64,000 bases of DNA from Nitrospirota bacterium (GCA_963663225.1 OY760142.1:800001-864000); one strand, 5' to 3'; shown: positions 28,175 to 38,543, numbered from the stretch's first letter. A program made the numbers and translations. The notes: generated by a model from the letters alone, not told the origin.

Positions 28175-28229
28175 AACCCGCACACAGCAGTCGGATTCAC
28201 TTCATTACTCGGAAAAAACCGGTTTTCTT

Positions 28230-28258
28230 TTGATTAAACGCCTGATTTGATATATAAT
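28230..28258 (+). promoter_or_regulatory. sigma70 promoter of gltX
   Basis: TTGATT-17 bp-TATAAT. Confidence 0.65.
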
Positions 28259-28305
28259 GCCTCCCTGCTGTTAATTCGATTGTCGCACAAGGAGTATGTT
28301 GACCC

Positions 28306-29724
28306 ATGAGCACCTCAGAAAATGTCCGCGTTCGTTTTGCGCCGAGCCCCACCGGAGCCCTGCATATCGGCGGCGTAAGGACCGCCCTTTTTAACTGGCT
28401 TTTCGCGCGCCATTTCGGCGGAAAATTCATCCTCAGAATAGAAGACACGGACCAGACCCGATCTACGGATGAATCCATCAGGATCATCCTCGACGGCATG
28501 ACATGGCTCGGTCTTGACTGGGATGAAGGCCCGTTCCGCCAAACTGAACGCCGGGACATCTACCGGGCGCACGTGGACAAGCTGCTCAAAGAGAACAAGG
28601 CGTATTATTGCTACTGCACTCCGGAGGAGCTGGAAGCCAGAAGAAAGGAAGCCCTGGCCGCGGGCAGACCGCCGAAATACGATAGAAAATGCCGCGCGCT
28701 GACGGCACCCGTTCCGGGCAGGACCCCTGCGGTCCGCTTTCTGTCGTCCGATGAAGGACAGACCGTGGTGCATGATCTGATCCGCGGCGACGTGACCTTT
28801 GAAAACCAGCAGCTCGATGATCTCATCATCCAGCGCTCGGACGGGCTTCCCACGTATAACTTTGCCGTTGTGGTTGACGACGTGACCATGAACATCACGC
28901 ATGTGATCCGTGGAGACGACCACCTGAACAACACACCGCGCCAGATCCAGCTGTACCAGGCGTTCGGATATGAGCCGCCGAAATTCGCACACCTGCCCAT
29001 GATCCTGGGCTCTGACAAGACCAAACTTTCCAAGCGGCACGGGGCGACTGCGGTCACCGAATACGTGGACCTCGGATATCTGCCGGAGGCCCTGGTGAAC
29101 TATTTGGCCCGGCTTGGCTGGTCTTCCGGCGACCAGGAAATCTTTACCCGGAAGGAACTGATAGAAAAATTCACACTCGAAAGCGTGGGCAAAGCCCCCT
29201 CCGTGTTTAATCAGGAAAAATGCGTGTGGCTCAACCATCACTATATCCAGCAGGCTGATCCTGCACGGCTTGCAGAGCTCGTGCTCGACCTTCTCAAGAA
29301 AGACGGAGTGGTGTCCGGGGACAAAGAGCCGGATATCGCATGGTGGAAAAAACTTGTCGGTATTCTGACGGAACGCAGCCACACCCTCGTTGAAATGAAA
29401 CAGGCTGCGATCCCGTTCATCGCGGATGAAATTCAAATGGACGAAAAGGCAAAAGCAAAGCACCTGACCCCGGACGTGATACCGCTCCTGTCAGACCTGC
29501 TCACAAAACTCAGGTCTACGGACCCTTTTATACACGATGAACTCGAAAAAATATTCACTTCCTTTGTTGCTGAAAAAAGCATAAAGCTCGGGAAAATCGC
29601 CCAGCCGGTGCGCGTGGCCCTCACCGGCGGTACGGTCAGCCCCGGCATTTACGAAGTGCTTGAAGTGATGGGCAAGGACAAATCCATCAGAAGAATTGAG
29701 TATGCCATTCATAAAGCCGGCTGA
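28306..29724 (+). CDS. gltX: glutamate--tRNA ligase
   Basis: RFAPSPTG, HIGG, RIEDTD, KLSKRH. Confidence 0.97.
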   Translation: MSTSENVRVRFAPSPTGALHIGGVRTALFNWLFARHFGGKFILRIEDTDQTRSTDESIRIILDGMTWLGLDWDEGPFRQTERRDIYRAHVDKLLKENKAYYCYCTPEELEARRKEALAAGRPPKYDRKCRALTAPVPGRTPAVRFLSSDEGQTVVHDLIRGDVTFENQQLDDLIIQRSDGLPTYNFAVVVDDVTMNITHVIRGDDHLNNTPRQIQLYQAFGYEPPKFAHLPMILGSDKTKLSKRHGATAVTEYVDLGYLPEALVNYLARLGWSSGDQEIFTRKELIEKFTLESVGKAPSVFNQEKCVWLNHHYIQQADPARLAELVLDLLKKDGVVSGDKEPDIAWWKKLVGILTERSHTLVEMKQAAIPFIADEIQMDEKAKAKHLTPDVIPLLSDLLTKLRSTDPFIHDELEKIFTSFVAEKSIKLGKIAQPVRVALTGGTVSPGIYEVLEVMGKDKSIRRIEYAIHKAG

Positions 29725-29759
29725 CGGAATGTGGCTGCTGCAAAACCGGAAAGAGAACC

Positions 29760-30230
29760 ATGCAGTTGTGTACTGAAAAAAAACTGACGCTTGCTGGTGC
29801 GGAAAAGCTGTTCGAATGCGAGCTGAAACATCTAAGCAACGGTTTCGGTGTTCTGAAGTATGTCATTCAGCGGAATAATGTCATCAGCGGCATCAAAATC
29901 AGCCCCGGCGACATCACCTACGGTCTCTATTGGACGGACAGGCCGTACACGCTGTATGTCTGGATCGTAAACAGAGGAAAAGACCGTGCATACTACTTCA
30001 ATATAGCGGATCGGGTATCCCTGCATCCCAACGAATTCATCTGGCGTGATCTGGTCATTGACATCGTAATCGATCCCGGGCAGCGGGTGCACACGCTCGA
30101 CCGGGATGAACTGCCCGCTGACCTGGACCCGGATTTGTCCCGCTATATCCAAAACACGGAAGCTCTTATCCTGCGGAATTATCCGGCCATTATCAGGGAA
30201 GCAGAAGACATCGTAAGAACCATCTCCTGA
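29760..30230 (+). CDS. DUF402-family protein, copy 1
   Basis: YYFNIAD...WRDLVIDI...LDRDEL pattern. Confidence 0.7.
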   Translation: MQLCTEKKLTLAGAEKLFECELKHLSNGFGVLKYVIQRNNVISGIKISPGDITYGLYWTDRPYTLYVWIVNRGKDRAYYFNIADRVSLHPNEFIWRDLVIDIVIDPGQRVHTLDRDELPADLDPDLSRYIQNTEALILRNYPAIIREAEDIVRTIS

Positions 30231-30293
30231 AAATATGCACTACGGATCCGGCCGGCACCGCGGCAGTAAACGTTAAAAAGCATAGATGCCATT

Positions 30294-31235
30294 ATGAATT
30301 CGCATCCTTCAAACGAAAAGCGCACGCCCCCGAAAAAATTCACTTACCGAATTCTTGCATCCGCTGCGGTAATAAATGCACGCGTATCACAGGCCCTTTT
30401 TCGCGCCATTGCCGCGCTGGGCGATGTTTTGATCGGCGTCCTGGAAACATCGCTCGATACCCGGGAAAAAGAGCATCTGACGCTGCGCCTCTATAACACG
30501 GCGTCTGAACAGTATGCGGCTTCGGGAGGATTATTCCCATGGGAAGCGTCATGGTACAGCAGGGTTTTGCCGCCTCCGCCTGCAAGGATACTGGTCACGG
30601 CGGCAGGCAGCGGCCGCGAAGCTGCGGCACTGATACATTCAGGCTACGCTGTCGACGCTGCCGAACCTGTTGACAAATTCACCGCGGAATGTGCCGGACT
30701 GCGGGGCATCGGAGATTTTTTCAAAGCAGACCACGACGACATCGTCGAGGGTTTTCTGCACGGAACGGGACCGGCTGCCGCACTCCGGGGCCGGACATAC
30801 GATGCCGTAATCATCGGCTGGGGCAGTTTCGCCCACATCATCGATCCGGAAAAACGCAGGCAGCTTCTTGATGCCTGTCATGCCCTGGCCCCACGAGGCC
30901 CCATCCTGCTCAGCTTTTTTGCCGATACCGTCCAGATCAATCAGGAAACACGGCCGATCCGGTTTGGCCGCGCGACAGGCCGATTGCTCGCCCGCTTGAG
31001 AAAAGTTTCTCCGGCACTCAATGCCAATGATCTGTTTCTCTGGCATGCCGGGTTTCTGCACCGTTATACGGAAGAAGAGCTGGTCGGGTTTGCGAATCCT
31101 CTGGGTCGCAGCGTAACGTTTTCAGCAGACCCTTATGGCCACGCAACATTCCTGCCGAAGGAAATGACCCCGGAAGAACGCACGCAGCAAAACGCAAATT
31201 TTCTTCGCGATCTTCGGCGTCTGTGCAATCTTTAA
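30294..31235 (+). CDS. putative class I SAM-dependent methyltransferase
   Basis: RILVTAAGSGRE (motif I variant), YDAVIIGWGSFAHI, LAPRGPILLS. Confidence 0.65.
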   Translation: MNSHPSNEKRTPPKKFTYRILASAAVINARVSQALFRAIAALGDVLIGVLETSLDTREKEHLTLRLYNTASEQYAASGGLFPWEASWYSRVLPPPPARILVTAAGSGREAAALIHSGYAVDAAEPVDKFTAECAGLRGIGDFFKADHDDIVEGFLHGTGPAAALRGRTYDAVIIGWGSFAHIIDPEKRRQLLDACHALAPRGPILLSFFADTVQINQETRPIRFGRATGRLLARLRKVSPALNANDLFLWHAGFLHRYTEEELVGFANPLGRSVTFSADPYGHATFLPKEMTPEERTQQNANFLRDLRRLCNL

Positions 31236-31244
31236 ATACGTATC

Positions 31245-31724
31245 ATGGCTCTTTGCACTGAAAAAAAGATCCTCCTCACCGGTGAAATTCAAACCTATTC
31301 CTGCGACCTGCTTTATTGCTCAAAAAAATTCGGTATACTGAAGCATATCATCGAACGTTGTTACAATATCGACGGCCTGCAACTGAATCCCGGTGACATC
31401 ACGCATGCCCTCTATTGGACGGACAGGCCATATACACTGTACGTCTGGCAAATGGACCGGGGAAAACGTGCCTACTATTTTAATATTGCGGACAGCATAA
31501 CGTTGCATCCGGCCGAATTCATCTGGCGCGATCTGGTGATCGACATATTGATCGATCCTGACGGGCATCTGCATGTTCTTGACGAAACGGAATTACCGGC
31601 AGATCTGGGATCCGAATTGCAGCATTCGATTGCAATCGCGAAAGAGCTCATTCTCCGCAACCATGATGCTGTCGCGCGCGAGGCGGATGCACTGCTTGTG
31701 AAGTTCGCTTCTCTCGACTCTTAA
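31245..31724 (+). CDS. DUF402-family protein, copy 2
   Basis: Paralog of 29760-30230 (LYWTDRPYTLYVW, YYFNIAD, EFIWRDLVIDI identical). Confidence 0.7.
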   Translation: MALCTEKKILLTGEIQTYSCDLLYCSKKFGILKHIIERCYNIDGLQLNPGDITHALYWTDRPYTLYVWQMDRGKRAYYFNIADSITLHPAEFIWRDLVIDILIDPDGHLHVLDETELPADLGSELQHSIAIAKELILRNHDAVAREADALLVKFASLDS

Positions 31725-31815
31725 TCATCAGATTGTTCCCTACTCCGGCATCAGCGCCCCTAAATGATTCCGTTTTCCGATTGTAAAACACCCCTGTTTG
31801 CGATACAATATTTTT

Positions 31816-32088
31816 GTGCGTCTAGACCTGTTTCTGAAAATAAGCAGGCTGGTAAAGCGCCGTGCGGTTGCCAGAAGCCTGTGTGACGCAGGTCGGGTGA
31901 TCGTGAACGGCCATGAATCAAAGCCCGGCAAAGAACTCAGGCAGGGCGACGTTATCGAAATTCTGTTCAATGCAAAACGGGTGGAACTGGAAGTTCTTTC
32001 CTTGCCTCTTTCACCAAAAAACACCAATACGGACGTCCCGTATCGGATTATTGCTGAAAAAACCATCCCTCAGGAAAACACGGTATGA
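31816..32088 (+). CDS. S4-domain RNA-binding protein (RqcP/Hsp15-like)
   Basis: RLDLFLKISRLVKRR...GRVIVNG..SKPG..L..GD. Confidence 0.85.
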   Translation: MRLDLFLKISRLVKRRAVARSLCDAGRVIVNGHESKPGKELRQGDVIEILFNAKRVELEVLSLPLSPKNTNTDVPYRIIAEKTIPQENTV

Positions 32089-33107
32089 ATAAAACTCCTC
32101 TTATAGCCATAACCATGGGTGACCCCGCCGGAATCGGCCCCGAGATCATCGCAAAGGCAATCGCCAGCAAAAAGCTCTCGACGACATGCAGACCGTTTAT
32201 TATCGGCGACGCGGGAATCATGGAAAAAGTGGTCCACGATTTGCTGCTCACCGTTCCTGTCCGAAGCATAAAGTCCCCGAAAGAGACGGACCCGGACAAG
32301 GGTGCACTGGACATCCTCGATTGCAAAAACATAAATATCAGCCACCATGCCTGGGGAACTCCTGACAAATCCTCGGGAACTGCCGTCGTGGAGTATATTA
32401 AAAAAGCAGTCGGCCTGTGCATGAAGCATGAAGCAGACGCGATTGTTACTGCGCCGATCAACAAGGAAATTATGAACGCCGCGGGCCATCGTTTTGCGGG
32501 TCATACCGAACTGCTCGCCCATCTCACCGGCACCAAGGATTTCGGCATGCTGTTTGTGGGCGGCGGCCTGCGGGTAATTCTCGTCACCATTCATGTCGCG
32601 CTCCGGGACGTACCCCAGCACGTCAGCACCGCAAAGGTCCTGAAGACCCTCCGGCTTGCCCATGCATCCATGAAATATTTCGGCATAGACAACCCGCGCA
32701 TCGGCGTCGCCGCGCTAAACCCTCATGCCGGAGAAGGACGGCTGTTCGGGTCGGAGGAATGGGACGACATTCTGCCCGCGGTGATTAAGGCGAGAAAAGA
32801 AGGCATTCATGCAAGCGACCCCATTCCCGCCGACACGCTGTTTTATAAAGCACGAAACAACCAATATGACATCGTGGTGGCAATGTATCACGACCAGGGC
32901 CTCGCTCCGCTCAAGATGCTTGCATTCGGCAATGCGGTGAACGTCACAGTAGGGCTTCCTATCATCAGAACTTCGGTGGACCACGGAACCGCGTACGATA
33001 TCGCAGGAAGAGGCTGCGCAAACCCCGAGAGCCTGCTGGAAGCAGCGGCACTCGCGGCTCAGATGGCACAGTACAAGCGCCGTCCCTCCGCAAAGGAGCA
33101 CATGTGA
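32085..33107 (+). CDS. pdxA: 4-hydroxythreonine-4-phosphate dehydrogenase
   Basis: TMGDPAGIGPE, GHTE, LNPHAGE, MYHDQG, RTSVDHGT. Confidence 0.95.
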   Translation: MNKTPLIAITMGDPAGIGPEIIAKAIASKKLSTTCRPFIIGDAGIMEKVVHDLLLTVPVRSIKSPKETDPDKGALDILDCKNINISHHAWGTPDKSSGTAVVEYIKKAVGLCMKHEADAIVTAPINKEIMNAAGHRFAGHTELLAHLTGTKDFGMLFVGGGLRVILVTIHVALRDVPQHVSTAKVLKTLRLAHASMKYFGIDNPRIGVAALNPHAGEGRLFGSEEWDDILPAVIKARKEGIHASDPIPADTLFYKARNNQYDIVVAMYHDQGLAPLKMLAFGNAVNVTVGLPIIRTSVDHGTAYDIAGRGCANPESLLEAAALAAQMAQYKRRPSAKEHM

Positions 33108-34177
33108 AAAGCACACCCCCGGCTCCGTTCATAACGCGCACGCATATCGTTGTAATAACTTTTTTCGCGACGTTCATTTTTTTGCTCTATCAAATGCTGT
33201 GCCTCCTCGCGCCTTTTTCGTCCGCGCTGCTTTGGGCGGCCATCCTGGCGCTGGCCCTGCACCCGCTTCATGATCGGGTGCTCCGGTTTCTGAAAGGCAG
33301 AGCAGGACTGGCCGCCTCTGTCATGACATTCGCTGCAGTGCTGCTCATTGTGGTCCCGGCCGTCGTGCTGCTGACGTTGTGCGCGTCACAGGCCGTCGCG
33401 CTCTACGACTGGGCATCAAGCGGCATACAGTCGAGCAAACTCATCGAGTTGTGGAACAGTTTTTCCTCAATGCTTTCTGAAAAGTTTCTTTCCCACCCTT
33501 CTCTTGCAACCATCGACATCAACGGCATCGCCATAAAAAGCATCGGAGAGCTCTCTTCCGCCCTTGCGGGCCAGATCGGCCCTTTGATGAAAAACACCCT
33601 GGTTCTCGCCGTGAACCTTGCGATCATGCTGATTTCCCTTTTTTTCTTTTTCCGAAATGGGGAAAACTACTATCACGCGGTTATGGATCTCCTGCCCTTC
33701 ACCGCCGAACAGAAGCACACGGTCGCCCGGAAGCTGCACGATACGTTTGCGGCTGTCATAAACGGGGTGTTCCTTATCGCGCTACTGCAGGGATTTCTTA
33801 CCGGAATCGGGTTTGCACTGTTCCAGGTGCCCCTGGCGGTGCTGTGGGGATTCGTTGCTGCATTGCTTGCCCTGCTTCCCGTCGGAGGAGCCGCGATCGT
33901 CTGGATTCCGGGCGTGGTCTTTCTGTTCCTGAAGGGCATGACGTTGCAAGCGGTGCTGCTTTCAATCTGGGGGCTGCTGATCGTCAGCATGGCAGATAAT
34001 GTTTTGAAGCCGCTCATCATCGGACGCAAAGCAAACATCCCGACGTTCGTCCTCTTCCTGTCCCTGCTTGGCGGACTTCAGGTATACGGAGTGCTGGGTT
34101 TGTTGTTCGGCCCCCTCGTGGTCACACTCCTTATGGCTTTCATTGATATATACCGTGCGGAATACATAAACCAATAA
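33104..34177 (+). CDS. AI-2E family transporter
   Basis: Hydrophobic pattern; DNVLKP, LGGLQVYGVLGLLFGP. Confidence 0.88.
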   Translation: MKSTPPAPFITRTHIVVITFFATFIFLLYQMLCLLAPFSSALLWAAILALALHPLHDRVLRFLKGRAGLAASVMTFAAVLLIVVPAVVLLTLCASQAVALYDWASSGIQSSKLIELWNSFSSMLSEKFLSHPSLATIDINGIAIKSIGELSSALAGQIGPLMKNTLVLAVNLAIMLISLFFFFRNGENYYHAVMDLLPFTAEQKHTVARKLHDTFAAVINGVFLIALLQGFLTGIGFALFQVPLAVLWGFVAALLALLPVGGAAIVWIPGVVFLFLKGMTLQAVLLSIWGLLIVSMADNVLKPLIIGRKANIPTFVLFLSLLGGLQVYGVLGLLFGPLVVTLLMAFIDIYRAEYINQ

Positions 34178-34325
34178 CAGCAGAATCGCTGCGACACATT
34201 ATGCGTTGAAGACGCCGGAACACTCCGGTTTTGCAAGAGTCACGGCTCTTCTCAGCCGATGCGGGCTCCGTATATTCGGCGCATCTGCAGCAGACTTTTT
34301 ATTTTATCCGGAGGAATGGTCGTAT

Positions 34326-35009
34326 ATGGAAGATCTCGCAAAATCAGAGCCCTGGCGTGTATTCAGAATCATGGCTGAACTGGTGGAGGGTTTCGAAGCC
34401 CTGAATAATATCGGGCCTGCCGTCGCCATATTCGGAAGCGCGCGCAGCGAACCGGGTTCACTCTGCTATAACAACTGCCTGCAGGTGGCTGAGCGCCTCG
34501 CGAAAGACGGGTTCTCCATTATTTCAGGGGGAGGGCCCGGCATCATGGAAGCTGCGAACAAAGGGGCCCGAAACGGCGGCGGTACGTCCGTCGGCCTGAA
34601 CATAGAACTACCCCAGGAGCAGATGCCGAACCAGTTCCAGAATGTGCATCTGGAATTTCGATATTTCTTTGTACGCAAGCTCATGTTTGTAAAATATGCA
34701 GTGGGATATGTTATTTTCCCGGGCGGGCTCGGCACGCTGGACGAGCTTTTTGAAGCAATCACGCTCATCCAGACAAAAAAAATCCGCAGTTTTCCGGTGG
34801 TTCTGGTCGGCAGGTCCTACTGGCAGGGATTGCTTGAATGGTTGAACAAAACCGCGCTTGCCGCTGGCAACCTCAATAAGGAAGACATTGACCTCATGCA
34901 TGTTGTTGACGAGCCGGAAGAAATATGCGCCATCATAAACAAACGCTACAAAGACCGCGTGGGCGGCTTCCATATGGACAGGAGAGACAAAACCAGGAAG
35001 GGGGTCTGA
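34326..35009 (+). CDS. LOG-family (TIGR00730-type) nucleotide monophosphate nucleosidase
   Basis: IFGSAR, GGGPGIMEA, YFFVRK, PGGLGTLDE; GGAGG RBS. Confidence 0.9.
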   Translation: MEDLAKSEPWRVFRIMAELVEGFEALNNIGPAVAIFGSARSEPGSLCYNNCLQVAERLAKDGFSIISGGGPGIMEAANKGARNGGGTSVGLNIELPQEQMPNQFQNVHLEFRYFFVRKLMFVKYAVGYVIFPGGLGTLDELFEAITLIQTKKIRSFPVVLVGRSYWQGLLEWLNKTALAAGNLNKEDIDLMHVVDEPEEICAIINKRYKDRVGGFHMDRRDKTRKGV

Positions 35010-35014
35010 CGCTT

Positions 35015-35746
35015 TTATTTTTTTTCTTTTGTGCGATCACGTTCAGCTCGTGTCTTGATCAGGTGGGCGGCCCGCAGGTTGCGGAACCATTGTTCGATAT
35101 TTTTGCGGTAAATCATTGTAAGAAGAATCAGGAAAATGCTGATGCCTACAAGGGAAAAGAGCGCTATATACTGTTTGTTGCGGAAAAAAGCCCCGCCCAG
35201 GGTAAGCATCACCGTACCGAGCAACCGTCCCATGGTTGAAATGAGCAGAAACGAAATATGCCCCATGTGGCCGAGTCCAAGCAGATAGCACAGATAATCC
35301 TTGGGAAACCCCGGAATAATAAATAGCAGCAAAGCAAGAAACAGGCCTTTGTGCTTCATCACATAGTCATACTGCTGCATGGTTTCCGGGCTGACAATGG
35401 ACTCCACCAGCGGCCTGCCGACAATTTTGGCAAGGGTAAACGCGATCCAGGAGCCGAGCGTGAGCCCGATGGTCGAATACACTATTCCCCAGAACGTTCC
35501 GAAAAGCATGCCGCCCACAAAACCGGTCATTTCACCCGGGATGGGGGCAAACACCACCTGCAGTGCCTGCAGACCGACAAAAATGCAGACCGCATTCGTC
35601 CGGTGTTTTTCGATAAAATCAAGAAGGCGCTGCTTGTCCAGAAAAAGGTCGAGCCAACCGAAAACGTACATGAGGACAATGATCCCCACAAACGCCACGA
35701 GGAACACGAGAAAATTGATGATCGTTTTTTTCCCCAGTTTAATCAT
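35015..35746 (-). CDS. DedA/VTT (TVP38/TMEM64) membrane protein
   Basis: APIPGE, IPGFPKD, GRLLG. Confidence 0.88.
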   Translation of the reverse strand: MIKLGKKTIINFLVFLVAFVGIIVLMYVFGWLDLFLDKQRLLDFIEKHRTNAVCIFVGLQALQVVFAPIPGEMTGFVGGMLFGTFWGIVYSTIGLTLGSWIAFTLAKIVGRPLVESIVSPETMQQYDYVMKHKGLFLALLLFIIPGFPKDYLCYLLGLGHMGHISFLLISTMGRLLGTVMLTLGGAFFRNKQYIALFSLVGISIFLILLTMIYRKNIEQWFRNLRAAHLIKTRAERDRTKEKK

Positions 35747-35766
35747 AACCCCGGAAAGAACATCTG

Positions 35767-36054
35767 CTATTTTTTGAACAGATCATCAAGCGATTTGCGC
35801 GCCTGCTCAACTGTAGTATTGGATATTTCACTGATACCGGTTTCCGCAAATACGAAGTAATTGCAGAAGTTGGCTTTTGCTTTTTCCTTAACACTTTCCG
35901 CTACCGGCTCATTGCAGCGCTTCGGTGCGGTACGGTCATAAAATCTGCAATTCAGGCAGCAGTGGATGTCGGCTTTACAGAGGGGGCATACATCCCTTCT
36001 GCCGACGCTGCGGTCCAGAGACAGGCTTTTTTTGCAGGAATGGCATGTTTTCAC
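35767..36054 (-). CDS. small Cys-rich putative zinc-binding protein
   Basis: CxxC-CxxC-HCCxxC-C-C pattern; GTG start. Confidence 0.7.
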   Translation of the reverse strand: MKTCHSCKKSLSLDRSVGRRDVCPLCKADIHCCLNCRFYDRTAPKRCNEPVAESVKEKAKANFCNYFVFAETGISEISNTTVEQARKSLDDLFKK

Positions 36055-36279
36055 TGATCTATAATAACGTATTGACCTAAATTACACAAGCGCAAAAAAT
36101 TGCTTTTCAGGCGCATTATTCCTTGCTTTTCACGCTTTTGCCGCATGCTTTTTTCACTTCCCCGGTTCTCCATTTTTATGCTATAGTAAATTCGATGCAC
36201 CGGACAACGGATCGTACATCATAACGGATGTAGGATTCATGTCTTTCGCACCATTATCCACACTGACGGGGGAATTCGT

Positions 36280-36657
36280 ATGACAAAACGTATTTATGTG
36301 GAAAACCTTCCACCTGATATTACCGCAGACCGCCTGAAAGGCATCTTCGACCAGATCGGCGAAGTCCAGTCTGTCAGAATAAAAACAGACTACCTGACCA
36401 TTCGACCGAAGTGTTCCGGAGTTGTCGATATGGCATTGGAAGTGGATGCTTATCGGGCAGTCAACTGTTTTGAAGGAGCGACCCTCAAAAACGGAAAAAT
36501 CCACTTGAAAGAGGAAGATCCGCTGTGGGAAAAAGCACGTCATATGCTCACTGATATCGCGGAAGGTTATGAACGGGTCAGTAGCAAAATTGCCAAGGAA
36601 ATAAAGGAAATCGAACACAAAATCGAGGATAAAATCGAGGAAATCAAAAAACATTGA
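36280..36657 (+). CDS. RRM RNA-binding protein with charged C-terminal tail
   Basis: IYVENLP (RNP2), degenerate RNP1 CSGVVDM; K/E/I-rich tail. Confidence 0.75.
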   Translation: MTKRIYVENLPPDITADRLKGIFDQIGEVQSVRIKTDYLTIRPKCSGVVDMALEVDAYRAVNCFEGATLKNGKIHLKEEDPLWEKARHMLTDIAEGYERVSSKIAKEIKEIEHKIEDKIEEIKKH

Positions 36658-36702
36658 GGGAGATGGAGGGCTCCGTTTCATCAATCGGAATTCATGTTGC
36701 GC

Positions 36703-36736
36703 AAAGACCCATGCCGTTCTTCTGGCATGGGTCTTT
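36703..36736. terminator. bidirectional terminator between convergent genes
   Basis: aaagacccatgcc-N8-ggcatgggtcttt, 13-bp stem. Confidence 0.75.
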
Positions 36737-36776
36737 TAATTCATGGAACCTATCTCCGGACTGACTTCCTGACTGG

Positions 36777-38543
36777 TTATTTCACAAACTGCGCGGCATT
36801 CTCACCCACAATTCTTCCGAACACGATTGTCTGCGATATGGAGTTTCCGCCCAACCGGTTTGCACCATGCACTCCACCGGTCCCTTCTCCTGCAGCATAC
36901 AGCCCGGAAATGGGTTTCCCGTCTTTTGCCATTACCTGTGCGGCGGCATTGACTTTCAGGCCGCCCATCGTGTAGTGTACGCCCGGCATGACTTCAATGG
37001 CGTAGTATCCCGGCGTCCTGAGAGCCATAGGCATATCGGGCCGTTTGAAAGCAGCGTCATTTTTATCGTCGACCGCCTTGTTGTACATGGTTATTGTTGT
37101 TTCAAGTTCCGACGCGGAAATTTTTGTTTTTGCTGCAAGATCTGCAATCGTATCGCCTGTTATAACCAGGTTCAGATGAAAATAGCCTTCGATCTGCCTG
37201 AGGCTCTTGCGGATGCCTTCATCAAACACGAGAAACGCCGTTTTGCCGGTCTGGTTCAGAATGGCTGCGGAAGCCGCGTCCCGCGTGGTAATTTCGTTCA
37301 CAAATCGTTTTCCCTCTCGGTTCACAAGAATCGCACCGTTCCCGCGCACCGCTTCGGTTATCAGGATGCGGCTTCCTGCCGCGACCGTGGGATGGATCTG
37401 TATTTCCTTCATGTCAATAAGATATCCGCCCGCGCCAGATCCAAGGTCCATGCCGTCGCCCGTCGCTCCCGGCTGATTGGAACTTGTCATACCTTTAAAT
37501 GACGGCTGGTAATAGGCAACTCTGGCGGGATTCGCAGAAAATCCTCCGGTGGCGATGATGACGGCTTTGGCGGAAATCTTGTAAAGTTTGCTGTGTTTTC
37601 CTTCCACCAGCACACCGACCACGCGTCCCTTTTTGTCTTCGAGAATCTTTACGACCCTGCTGTTGACCCGGACGTCGATTTTGCGTGCTTCCGCGTTTCT
37701 CTTGAGTACCTGGGTGATATGCGCGCCGACTGCCGCTCCGCCGCTCGGCCTGTGGGCCCTTGCCACGCTCGCGCCACCCAGACGTCCCACGTCGCTCAGG
37801 TCCGCGCCGAGAGACGTGAGCCAGTCAACAGCGGAGGCGGAATTCTTTGCAAGGATTCCGACCAGTTCCGGATCGTTGATATTTTTGCCGCCTTTCATGG
37901 TATCCTGATACATGAGTTCCACCGAATCTTTTATGCCTTTTTCTTTCTGAAACCGGGTTTCCGCAGCGTTCATCCCACCCGCGGCAAGCTGGCTGTTGCC
38001 CCCGGTGATGGGCATTTTTTCGAGCAAAATTACTTTTGCCCCCTTGTCATGGGCGGTGATTGCGGCAGTAAGGCCGGTCGCCCCTGCTCCGATGATCACA
38101 ATGTCGGTTTTCTCAGTCCTGATTTTTGTGGGCACATTCTTTACTTCGGGCAGCGACGTCGAGGGAAGCCTGGCCGCAACCGCGCCTGACGGTATTTTTA
38201 AATCAAAATTATGGCAATTCAGACAATATGTCCAGGATGCCGCATGCCCGTAGTGGCAGGAAGTGCAGCTCATGTCTCCCAGATGGGATTTGTGCGGATT
38301 TATTTCATGGTTCGACTTCTCCGCCACCTTCGCAAGCGTGCCATGACACTGCACGCACTGGACATTGACAGCTGTTTCGTTGTCATCAACGGCCATTTTA
38401 GCGCCATGGCACGCGGCGCAATTGACGCCCTTGGCCTTGTGCGCACCGGCCAAAAAAGCATCATTGGGCGCAGCCCAGAGCGTTGAACCTGATCCCAGAA
38501 GAATTGTAACCAGCAGTGCCACCATAAACTTTATTGTTTTCAT
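36777..38543 (-). CDS. periplasmic tetraheme flavocytochrome c (FccA-type fumarate reductase)
   Basis: Signal peptide; four CxxCH; GAGATG FAD motif; QIHPT, TEAVRG, TRD, HYTMGG, NRLGGN. Confidence 0.9.
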   Translation of the reverse strand: MKTIKFMVALLVTILLGSGSTLWAAPNDAFLAGAHKAKGVNCAACHGAKMAVDDNETAVNVQCVQCHGTLAKVAEKSNHEINPHKSHLGDMSCTSCHYGHAASWTYCLNCHNFDLKIPSGAVAARLPSTSLPEVKNVPTKIRTEKTDIVIIGAGATGLTAAITAHDKGAKVILLEKMPITGGNSQLAAGGMNAAETRFQKEKGIKDSVELMYQDTMKGGKNINDPELVGILAKNSASAVDWLTSLGADLSDVGRLGGASVARAHRPSGGAAVGAHITQVLKRNAEARKIDVRVNSRVVKILEDKKGRVVGVLVEGKHSKLYKISAKAVIIATGGFSANPARVAYYQPSFKGMTSSNQPGATGDGMDLGSGAGGYLIDMKEIQIHPTVAAGSRILITEAVRGNGAILVNREGKRFVNEITTRDAASAAILNQTGKTAFLVFDEGIRKSLRQIEGYFHLNLVITGDTIADLAAKTKISASELETTITMYNKAVDDKNDAAFKRPDMPMALRTPGYYAIEVMPGVHYTMGGLKVNAAAQVMAKDGKPISGLYAAGEGTGGVHGANRLGGNSISQTIVFGRIVGENAAQFVK

